64,000 nucleotides of DNA from Convolutriloba macropyga. Its lineage: Eukaryota. The stretch lies in NCBI RefSeq assembly GCF_964194025.1, contig NC_134468.1, forward strand, positions 1,488,001 through 1,552,000. Direction: 5' to 3'. The translations under genes and the position numbers were made by a program. Shown in pieces: positions 1 through 10,300 of this stretch. The notes below the pieces were generated by a model. The model was given only the letters and a program-made list of their open reading frames with translations. It did no database searches and was not told where the DNA came from. The stretch's first letter is position 1. Every line of letters starts with the position of its first letter.

Positions 1-2370
1 GATAAAAGTCACGACTATATCGCAACGTATTCCGATGCGCCATTAAAGTTCATGGTCAGCTCAGCAAGCAAACGCAAAAGGTCTGCGCCAGTCACTCCCA
101 AGCCAAATAGGAAGAAGAAAAGTAGTGAGAATGTAGATGAGGACCAGGACTCACAGCTAAACTCGCAAACGAGTGCTCACAGAACGCCATTTGGGAATCT
201 TCTGTACAGTAAGTAATAATAATAGTGAGGTCAGACCTCGTTGCTATGTATATATACGGTATCGATTCTGACTTTATTTTCAGCTGACCCAATCCGAGAA
301 GCATCCGACTTAGACGAATTGGAACAATTCGACAGTCCGAGAGTTCACCAAGTAAAGCACAAGTCGAGGTGCTACATCTGTGGACGGAAACTTGCAGATA
401 TGGCCCAGCATTACTACAAAAGTCACAAGGCAATGACAAAGAGCGTACGCCTTTATCTTCTCGATTGTAGACGGCACTTTAACAGGAGCGGATCGTGCAA
501 AGATCCAGTCTATGACTGCAGTCTCTGCCTCCGACGTTTCGTCAACCCGACCGACCATAGGACAAAAGGGGGACAGGAAGAACCGCCAAGTTAGTGTTGG
601 CCTCCGTGATCATTTTGACAACGATATCACTCGGATTAATGATCCCAAGGACCCTAATGAAATGCCTGAGTTCATAAGAGATGAATTATCGCAGCTACGG
701 GAGCCCAAGGTGAACGGTGGGATTCTATTGGAGTATTTTGTTAGAGATCAAGTAAAAAAGGCCTGCCGTAAGAATAACAGCACGGACGCAGTTCATAAGA
801 GGGTCACTAAGACATTCCAACATCATCTAAGTAGGCTTTGGGTTACAACAGGACAGTTCAGGAGACACGAAGACGCGTCCAAGCTCATCGAAGAAGTGAA
901 AAAGAACGGTGACTACAAAGCTAGCTCCATGGTCCTCTTCATTGTAGTCCTCAGGAAGTATCTTCGGTACATCAGAAGAAATCAGAAGCAGATGAAACTT
1001 CCGTACGATGTTCGGATGGACGTTTTGTCTGAGATATCAGGGGACTACAGGCATCAAATGAAAAAGGATCAGGTTCTTCTACAGAACAAAAAGAAAAGCG
1101 AAACTCCATCTCCTGAAGAATGCGCAACTATGTTGCAGTGTGTCACGGACCACTGGATTGCCCAACTATTATCAATTATTCTTATAACTTTTTAAAAGGA
1201 CTTGTCTTTTTTTACTTTCATGCACTATCAGGAACCCGGCCTGGGCCAATCCTGAACCTAACTTTCGACCAGTACGCCCCGTTGCGAAGAGGTGAGATCG
1301 TCTACTCAACTGAGCACAAGACCGGTGCTCAGTACGCAGTCAATTTCGAGCTAACTCTCAAACAAGTCCCATGGTTCGATCGAATGTACGAAGCTTTCAG
1401 AAAGGAAACAGGCACGGAGCCTGCTTATCTATTCCCAACTACATTGAATCAAAAAGAGAAGTCCATAGCTCGTTTTGTTATAGACTCGCTATCAGAGATA
1501 CCACCGAGGTCCTTGCTCAACAGGCAGTTTAAACCGACGGCAATGCGCAGAGTACTGTCTACATATATGTTCGGTCAGAAAGAGAGTAACCCCCACTTAT
1601 ACCAAGCCCATCCTATGCAAACGGCACACCAAGACCGGACCGAAACACGACACTATGTAATGGATCTTGTCAATTCAGGCAGTGTAATGCACGAGTACGG
1701 TAAACTCTTGCGACTTCCCACAGCGAAAATTAGGACCATCCCTGCTCATATAACTCCGCAGGAATTCAATGAAACGGCGAAGAGCACAATTTATCTCAAT
1801 ACCAGCAACGACGGGCCTTTATTTCCACACCTATATCCAGATCAGAACAAACCTCGACCAAGCTCATTCAATGTGAGAGAGGACCTGACTGCTAGTTTCC
1901 CCAAATTAGACGAAGAGTCTGACATGGACGAGGAGGACGTCACAGCGATATTTGAAGTTCAGGCTCATCAACAGCACATGGACGCTCTTGATGACGACAG
2001 TGATCTTGAGGCAGAAGAGATTGCACGCTATCTCGAGGACGCTGACGACGACCCTGATGACCCCGACGAAGTTTTCTCGGACTTGGACGAGAATGTCTCA
2101 ATTCGCTCTGCCTCTAGGAAATCCCAGAGCGTTGTTCCGGAACGGAGGAGAGGAGAGTTTATCGCAAGCCTCAACAAATTTTCCGGTAGAATTAACTGGA
2201 AGGCTGAGGAAAAAGGTCTGCTCCTCATATTTGCCCAGGCCAAGACCACTCCTAGTAAGACTGAAATCCAAGCTGCACTTCGGGACAAAACTGGAAAAAA
2301 CCCCCACAAGAACCTTATGAACAAGATATACGACAAACTGGAGGCACTTGTTAACCGCTTAGCTGAATGA
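1..2370 (+). pseudogene. Spliced zinc-finger + tyrosine recombinase (phage-integrase fold) gene, Crypton-like; two frameshifts; 5' end may lie outside window
   Basis: Frame 1 is open from base 1 (…SKRKRSAPVTPKPNRKKK, NLS-like). A GTAAGT(209)…TTTTCAG(283) intron removes the in-frame stop and joins 284-594, which has CYIC..HYYKSH and CSLC..H zinc fingers. Frameshifts near 560-590 and ~1170. YR catalytic set: R in SGTRPG (1237), K in HKTG (1318), TAMRR (R 1546), H (1627), Y (1654). Acidic tract and helical C-terminal domain follow. Confidence 0.75.
209..283 (+). other. 75-bp spliceosomal intron in the YR gene
   Basis: GTAAGT donor, CTGAC branch-like motif and TTTATTTTCAG acceptor; phase 1 on both sides keeps the frame (LLY-T-DPIR). 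Confidence 0.75.
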
Positions 2371-2378
2371 AACTTTGT

Positions 2379-3018
2379 TTAAACTTGAGTTCGAAAAATG
2401 GTGAGACCAGACCATACTGCTAGGTTGTCACAAACTTCCATAGTCTTTATCTTGTTGAGTCTTTGTTGTAGATAAGTTGCTTTATGCTCTTGTAGCTGAT
2501 TTGTCTGAGCTTTGTTAATGTTTTGTTTTGTTTTTGCTACTGTGTAGCTTATTTCTCTTACTTCGTTGATTATATTACCCAGATTGTTCATTTTCGATTT
2601 CTGCATTAGCAGTCGGGTCCGTGGCCCATTATTTACATTATAGAAGGCCCATTATGTATTGGAGATGTTAGAGAGGACGTTAATTCGAATGTTGGGGCCG
2701 GTGATTGTCTTCTATTGAGTTCAGAAAGAGAGATCAATATTTCAAATGTGGTAAATGTAAGTAGTGGGGGAGTAGTAGTAGTAGTGGGGTAGCAAGAGTC
2801 TCCGAGATAAATTTTTTGGTGAAATTTTTTGTCAAGTGTCATTGCTATTAGTCAGCACAGTTCTCTCTCCTAGCTTTGCAGAAACTTTTCTAAGTTCCTT
2901 TTTGCCTTCTTACAGTGCGATAATAGTTCGGAAAGGTGAAAAACTTGTTCGGAACGATCAACAGGCAAGATAATGAGAGGTGTTTGATCATCAATGTTAG
3001 CAGCGGGGTCCTCCCTAA
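2379..3018 (-). pseudogene. Decayed convergent partner ORF of unknown function (coiled-coil-like C-terminus)
   Basis: The minus-strand frame upstream of 2842 reads EDPAANIDDQ…FLQS*ERELC*LIAMTLDKK (two stops, each one C>T change from CAG/CGA). One frameshift links it to 2379-2606. Its stop lies 8 bp from the YR stop. TTGTACAG acceptor at 3019-3026. Confidence 0.45.
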
Positions 3019-3211
3019 CTGTACAACTAACGCTAGGTAGGTACCACAAATAATGAGTTTAGATTCCTAGTTCCTATACTAGGATGTCTTTCCAGGCCAA
3101 TACAATATTGGTGTAAAAAAAGTCATCCAAAATGTAAATTGGGAATCTCCTACACGTATAAGCACTAGCAGCCTGGTCTACTCACCAATCCACTACTCGA
3201 AAAGTAGCTCC

Positions 3212-3219
3212 TATTTATA
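3212..3219 (-). promoter_or_regulatory. Candidate TATA box (TATAAATA) for the minus-strand partner gene
   Basis: GGTATAAATAGGAGC on the minus strand, upstream of the decayed ORF. Confidence 0.35.
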
Positions 3220-3629
3220 CCTTGAAATTCAAAAATGCCGAATCAGATTAAGAAGAACTGTTAGTGAGCTTTCATTTGCACTTTGAATCACCTCCGGAAG
3301 CCTTTGGAAAGTGCAGAAATCAGCCTACAAAAAAGTTAGCAGAACTGTCCGATATAAAAACCGGTGTAGCAGAACTGGCTAATCACCCACGAAAAGCAGG
3401 CCCACTACCAAGCCGGTAGTGGGCCTTATTTCGTCGAAAAAGTTAAACGTTAGAGGCTTATTTGGTAGATCCGATGTCGAACTACCATCTCAGCCCGGTA
3501 CTCGCTGCCTTACACCCCTAGTCTGGGCTGTGCCTAGAGGACGTAGTTGATCATACCGATGAGCGGCGTCCCGGACGGACGCTGATAAGGACACCCGCTG
3601 CTCCATATAGCAGGAACGTCCTTTTCTGA

Positions 3630-3759
3630 TACTACTGCTACTACTGCTACTACTGCTACTGCTGCTACTACTGCTACTACTGCTAATACTGCTACTACTG
3701 CTACTACTGCTACTACTGCTACAACTGCCACTACTGCTACTACTGCTACTACTGCTACT
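3630..3759. repeat. (ACTACTGCT)n microsatellite, ~14 units
   Basis: Direct inspection; it explains the spurious poly-VVA ORF 3534-3962. Confidence 0.95.
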
Positions 3760-4267
3760 TTTACAACACCGATGAAGAAGATAGTAATACTGCTGTTATG
3801 TTTTTTTTCGGTCGTTTTTTTTAATATACCTGTGACACTCAAACGTACATCAAATAAGAGCCTGAGAAAGTTACGAAGTCGAAAATCTTGTCCAAATTGA
3901 TGTATTACTTGCCTCACTACTGACGGTAGGTGGAAAACCAGCTGGGGTAAGAGAGATGTCATTGAGGTTTTTCAGATAAAATTACCATACTGATGAAGAA
4001 GATAGCATTACAGCTGTTTGTTGTTGTGGTTTCACAGCACAGCTGCATTCCGTCCCCTTCCTTCGATCTAAAATACTGTCCACTTGTTATTGCACAGGCT
4101 GCATCTACAGAATAACTGACGTGCGCAGGCGTTGACTTCAGTAAGCTCGGTATTGACGCATTTCCACATCAAGTTGAGGAGCTTACTCTTTAACCCAGAC
4201 AAACTTGTGATGTCAACATATTTATCGAGTTTGAATCGGAATACATCCTTTGGGTGGCCAAAAGTTT

Positions 4268-4396
4268 GGGTCTTTCCCATTATAGCCCCCCCATGAAAAT
4301 ATAGCCCCCCCATTATGGTATATTTAACATGATTGGGGGGGCTACATGTTATCTGACCACTAAGCTGGGGGGGGGGGGCTATAATGGGAAAGACCC
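4268..4396. mobile_element. 129-bp MITE with ~25-bp TIRs and 8-bp TSD (hAT- or Merlin-type by TSD length)
   Basis: GGGTCTTTCCCATTATAGCCCCCCC … GGGGGGGCTATAATGGGAAAGACCC, flanked by AAAAGTTT at 4260-4267 and 4397-4404. Confidence 0.85.
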
Positions 4397-4483
4397 AAAA
4401 GTTTAACAACAAGTTCCTTTCAACCGTTTAAGATTGTATTCCTAAATCTGCTCTTAATTTTTTCGATTCAAAATTCCGTCTAA

Positions 4484-5471
4484 GCACCACACGGCTTTGC
4501 AGATGACTTTAAGGTGGTAATTACAAACCAACACGTCCTTGAGAAAAATCGAGACGGACTACAAAACTGGTGCTTGCAAAACAGAATGATACTGAAAGCA
4601 AAGAAAAGCTCACTGCTTTTGCTCAAAGGGGACATGAAAACTGATATATTCGGAGTTGAACTACCAATCGTAAAAGAGCAGAAAGATCTTGGTGTGTTAG
4701 TGAGCAGTGACTTAACATGGTCGAGCAACGTTGACTTAAGAACCAGCAAGGCCCTGAGAGCATTGTATCAAATCAAAAGAAATGTGAGCAAGAACGTCAC
4801 GCTACAAGCTAAGTTGAATGCTTACACCGGATACGTCCCGATTCTAGTATATGGTTCTCAGGTCTCTCATCTGACCACTATGTGCCTCCGAAAAGTGGAA
4901 AAAATTCAAAGACTAGCCACAAAGTGGTTCTTCGGAGTAAATGTTGACTGTAAAACTCGACTAATTAAATGTGGTCTACTACCCTTCTCAATGTACATTG
5001 AACTTCATGATGTTTTGTTTATGCGTGACCTGTTAAAAAACAAGTATGACTACACTACCACTAACGAAATGAATCTCAAAGAGAGTAAAAGAAGAAGACA
5101 AGATGCACGAAATGAACTCGAAATCCCTAAAGTGAACAGAAACAAGTGTAGTGAAAATTTCTTCCATCGAACTGCCAAGTTAGTCAACATCCTCTCGAGA
5201 AAATTGGGATCTTTGGAGGATTTAAACAATCCAAAATTGAGTTATTTGTACCGAAACTTCTTCCCCGAACAGTATAACGAGTTGAATACATGCAGCTGGA
5301 GGATTCTTTGCAGCTTTGGTAGCTGCAACCCTCATTCAAAACTCTGAAACTGTATATTTCTATTTCAAGGCAACGAACTGATGAACTGAAGGGTGAAAAC
5401 CCTTGGCTGTGCCCTAAAGTCTCGACTACACTACTTGGGCATAATCCAGAAGTCTCAACTACTACTACTAC
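4484..5471 (+). mobile_element. 5'-truncated CR1/L2-group LINE (RT C-terminal part, 3' UTR, (ACT)n tail)
   Basis: In-frame FADD at 4496-4507 ahead of ORF 4514-5347. Motifs KDLGVLVSSDLTW, PILVYGSQV, VEKIQRLATKW. 3' hairpin AAGGGT-GAAA-ACCCTT and ACTACTACT tail. Confidence 0.85.
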
Positions 5472-5840
5472 ACTCAATAAGGGTTCAGATGTATAAGTTC
5501 ATCACGGGCTGCTATTCATCGTTTTATCAACTGCAGAAAGCTGTTTAAGAGAATAAACATACCAATCCCTGAATTGGTTCCCATTTTTCTCGATGTTGTA
5601 GCAGATTTGGAGCTATAATCAAGCTTAATAATTTGATTTCCCGAGTCCAAAGAGCCTAAAAACATCATAATAGTGTCACTTAAAGGCAATCTGGCCGTAG
5701 TGGATAGTGATGTCTTTTTCTTTTATCCTGCCTCCTGCTTGATATAATTGGCTCTCTGGGTGCATCAGTAGATGTAAAACATAAGGATCTGATGTTTCAT
5801 AGAATGAGTGATTTTCAGTATATATGATCGAATAACTGCA

Positions 5841-6266
5841 ATGGAGAGTATTGACCACAGCTTCATCGAAAAAGTAAATTTAACATCGACCGCTGCTATT
5901 GATGTTTTGACCTACGATCGTACTTTTTCCAACTTCCTTTATGTTCTAATTTCGTTGCTGTGCATGGCTCTCATTGTAGCCTTGACGACCGGATATTTGA
6001 TTTTACATGTATGTTGCTGCCACGCTCCCGATGATGATCAATGCAAAGCTTGTGAGCAACAAGAGCGAAGCGTTGCGGAGTCAGCCTCAAACAGTGACGG
6101 ATTTCATGAACTTGCGAACAGTAACAATCCCAATTATGTGGGTTCTTCGAAACCTAACGCATCGTTTTCTGTCACCACAAAAATTGGCGTGACCACGGAT
6201 GTGGCTGATCCGTCTGTGAAAGGAGTGCCTAAGCGCATCAGACGAGGAAGCACATCGGATGTCTAA
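5841..6266 (+). CDS. Small single-pass membrane protein, 141 aa, unknown function
   Basis: ATG 5841. N-terminal NLT sequon, one hydrophobic helix (FLYVLISLLCMALIVALTTGYLIL), juxtamembrane CCC, polar tail. TTTTCAG acceptor ends at 5818; AATAAA near 6354. Confidence 0.55.
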   Translation: MESIDHSFIEKVNLTSTAAIDVLTYDRTFSNFLYVLISLLCMALIVALTTGYLILHVCCCHAPDDDQCKACEQQERSVAESASNSDGFHELANSNNPNYVGSSKPNASFSVTTKIGVTTDVADPSVKGVPKRIRRGSTSDV

Positions 6267-6428
6267 GTTAATCCTTTTTAATGCATACTGATAGATAAGT
6301 AGATATAGTGAATTATCTGATAAAACCTCTCATTTGTATAGTAAATAGTAAATAATAAAAGTAAATAGTAAATTGTAAAACATTTCAATACATTTTTATC
6401 GGATACATTTATTCAGGCTTTATCTAGA

Positions 6429-6637
6429 AACAGCTTTTGAAGACTTTTCCAGCGTGCCATGCAAGATTGGCAATTGTAACTCGTTACGACTCGAACTTTT
6501 TGCGTATTCTCAATAAGTACGTATTCTTCATGCAAGATTGGCAAGGTTCGAGTCAGATGAGAGACCTGAGTTCAAGTCGTAACGAGTTACAATTGCCAAT
6601 CTTGCATGGCACGCTGGACAAGTCTTCAAAAGCTGTT
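6429..6637. mobile_element. Foldback/MITE-like element with ~68-bp near-perfect terminal inverted repeats
   Basis: AACAGCTTTTGAAGAC…GTTACGACTCGAAC mirrored by GTTCAAGTCGTAAC…GTCTTCAAAAGCTGTT, with an internal partial arm copy at ~6529-6544. No TSD identified. Confidence 0.75.
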
Positions 6638-7368
6638 CAACTTATCTTTAATCTTTTTTCTTCATTTCTGGATTTGTGAGATGACTTTTTTTTCTGAAAA
6701 ATTAGTTTATGTGGCATTTTAATATTTTGACCATTTTTTGCAAATATTTTAATTTCTTGAATCCCTGTAATATTTTCTCACTTTTTTATTTAGACAGAAG
6801 GATAACAGTGTAATGTTTTTACGCCATGATCGCTAAATAAATATATGTACTTACTTTTTGATCGAAAATATGGAGTATATTTGAAACAGGATGTAAATAA
6901 ATGTCAATGCTTCATGTGAAAAATAAGGTCAAACGACTGAATGATTCGAGGAGCAGAGCGAAGAGTTTTCTCTTCGCTCTGCTCTGGTTTTCTCTTCCTT
7001 TGTATTGACAGAGAGCGAGAAATGTAGGTGTGAAAAAATCTTCGCGTATCACGTGCGGATATTTCAAATCAGTTTATTAGTTTTAATTCAAATTTTATCT
7101 ATCAGAAGTGCGTCTCAGAGTTAATTAAACTAGTTATAGTGTTTTTAGAAGCAGTTTTGACTATCGGAAGCAAATATTACACTACAATTCTATTTTTAGC
7201 TATTTTACCATTTGACCTTTTCTAGCATTTTTTTTGCATTCTGCTTCAACTTTTGATGGCAGTTGCGAAGTTGTGTGGTTGAAATTGGTTGTCTTAGCAG
7301 TTTTGCGGGTCTTTCATTTTGATTAATAGTTGATTTCAAATATTTGTTGAAGAAAATTGGCTAAATTT

Positions 7369-10300
7369 GACATGGCTTTTTAGCACTAATTTCAATTACA
7401 CATTTTTTTTTCAGTTTTTATTGTGGCAGTTTTCAATATTTGTTTGATGTTTCTCTCCTGCGTTTTGGTTGAGTGACCGATCTAGCAGAAGAAGCTATAA
7501 AAGTCGTTTGCTAATTAATTTTTGGTAAGAATCTCGAAATGTAAAGACGGCATTTTACACTTAAATAAATTAAACAATTTTCTTATTCTTCCAGGTTTTT
7601 TGTCTTTCATTTAATTGTTTAGTGCTTCTCTGTCAGTTATAGGTTGGGTGTCAAATATAGGTTAGGTTGGAACTTCTCTATTTTGACCGTCATCTCTTTT
7701 TCTCCGCGATTTCGTATTTATTAACCCATTTAAGAAGTTGTCTATCAGTTGTTATTTGTTTTCTAATCTATTTGTTTTGCAGGGTCGTTTACCAATTGTT
7801 TTACTGGAGTCTCAACTGAAATCATTTTTCCGATGGTGTTCACATGCGGCATTTTGACATTAATTTTCTTTTTCAATTTCTTCGATCTAATTTTTTTGGA
7901 AATGCTTTTCCCAATCCACTCTTAGTCCGCTCTAGGTCGTTTTTGTGTAGTCAATGGAACTTCTTTGAATTGTACCTCAGGACTTGTCATGCTATGTTTT
8001 TTTTAATTCGCTTTACCTTTTGATCACGTTTTCTTTCACGCTCCACTTCTGACTTACTTCACTTATTGTTTCAACTGAATGCACCTTAAATTCTTTCACG
8101 CATTGAATTACGTAATATAATGAATGCGGTTGATGTCAATAGAGCAAGATCTACATTGATAGAAATGGGATAAAGCCCGGTCATTAAGTCATAGTGCATC
8201 AGGTTGTCAAGGTTAATTAGAGCAATTGCTAGCTGATATTAGTTTTAGGTTTGACACCTTTCAGCTTAAAAGCTTAATTAGTTACAGGTTTAGAATCTAA
8301 CTCAAACTGCACATTGAATTAGAACAATTTTGAAACTTAGGAAAAAGTTTTGTCAATTTCGATTTTTTTTCTCTTTCTATCGTGATGTGAGTCTAGCGTG
8401 TCAACGGCGGATTTGTTCCGGTATTCTGCCGGCTTTTTTTAAACAGACAATATGTTTTGGTAGTAATGGTTGTTTTTGTTGTTGTTTGATCTTCGTCTTC
8501 TCTCGTAGTCTCATTGATGACTGGTCTCGTCATCCTCTTATGCGGCATCATTTAATTCGTTTTGAGGTTTAAGTTTAAAACTATTTTTTTCTGATCTAAA
8601 GCTTCTCGCTGTAGTTTTTCTCGGTTACTTCTTAGTTAAAAGTTATTCTATAGTTTTTGTTACTATGAGATGACACTTTGAATCTAGACATGGCTTTTTT
8701 GCACTAATTTCAATTACACAATTTTTTTTTCAGTTTTTATTGTGGCAGTTTTCAATATTTGTTTGTTGTTTCTCTCCTGCGTTTTGGTTGAGTGACCGAT
8801 CTAGCAGAAGAAGCTATAAAAGTCGTTTGCTAATTAATTTTTGGTAAGAATCTTGAAATGTAAAGACGGCATTTTACACTTAAATAAATTAAACAATTTT
8901 CTTTTTCTTCCAGGTTTTTTGTCTTTCATTTAATTGTTTAGTGCTTCTCTGTCAGTTATAGGTTTGGTGTCAAATATAGGTTAGGTTGGAACTTCTCTAT
9001 TTTGACCGTCATCTCCTTTTCTCCGCGATTTCGTATTTAATAACCCATTTAAGAAGTTGTCTATCAGTTGTTATTTGTTTTCTAATCTATTTGTTTTGCA
9101 GGGTCGTTTACCAATTGTTTTACTGGAGTCTCAACTGAAATCATTTTTTTCCCGATGGTTTATGTCAAGTCAGTTTTCTCATGATCTTTGTCCTGTTGTA
9201 GTATCAAAATGCTTAAAATAATTACCTAGATTGTGTATTACGACAGTGAGGATGGACGCTTTTCTATTTCGAGTCCTTTCCGTAATTCTTCGGCTATGTT
9301 TTGAGATCTGATTACACATTTTCATGATCTTGAAGTCAAATTTGAGTGGTGATTTTGGTCTCACTGAAACGGCAAGTGGAGCGAAAAAGCGAGTGGTTTT
9401 GCGGTGTGAATTTTTTCACTCTAATTTTTAAGTAGAGTGAAAAACGGTGTTTGAACAAAAAATCGCTTTCTGGCTAGTGGTTTTTTCACATGCGGCAATT
9501 TCTCATTGATTTTTACTGTTTTTTCTAATTTTTGGATGGGATTTTTTTCAATTGGTTTCCCCAATCCCTTCATAGTTCATTTCTTGCCTAGTTTTCGTTT
9601 TAACCAAATTTCTTTTTCTTGCTAGTAGTTTTCTTCACATGCGGCATTTTGACATTGATTATCATTTTTTTCCTTTATTTTTTTGGATATGCGTTTACCA
9701 ATTCGCTCATAGACCGTTCTAGGTTTAGTTTTTGTTGAGTCAAAATTCTTTGAATTGTACGTCAGGGCTTTTTCCTGTTTTTTTTTAAATTCGCTTTACC
9801 TTTTGATCACGTTTTTAGTTATACATAAGTCACGATTTTCACGCTTTATTTCTGACTTACTTCACTTATTGCTTCAACTGAATGGACCTTAAATTCTTTC
9901 ACGTTTTGATTTACGTAATATAATGACTGCGTTCGATGTCAAAAGAGCAAGATCAAAATTGAAAGAAACGGGATAAACCGATAAAGCCCGGTCATTAACT
10001 CATAGTGCATTAGGTTATCAAAGTTCATTAGAGCAATTGCTAGCTGATATTAGTTTTAAGCTCAACACCTTTCAGCTTAAAAGTTGATTTAATTATAGGT
10101 TTACAATCTAACTCAAACTCCAAATGAATTAGAACACTTTTTGAAATTTAGGAAAAAAAATTATGTCAGTTTTGATCTTTTTTTTCAGTTTTTTTTCTGT
10201 TTCAATCGCGATGTGCGTCTAGCTCGTCAACAGTGGCTCTTATCCGGTAATCCGCTGTTTATCTTTTTTACACATGGCACTTTACACTTAAATAAATTAA

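Noticed and set aside
3534-3962. 142-aa hydrophobic ORF
   Set aside because: Translation of the microsatellite.
5375-5410. Hammerhead ribozyme (CTGATGA…GAAA) in the LINE 3' UTR
   Set aside because: Stems I and III cannot be formed convincingly; AAGGGT-GAAA-ACCCTT is better read as a simple 3' stem-loop.
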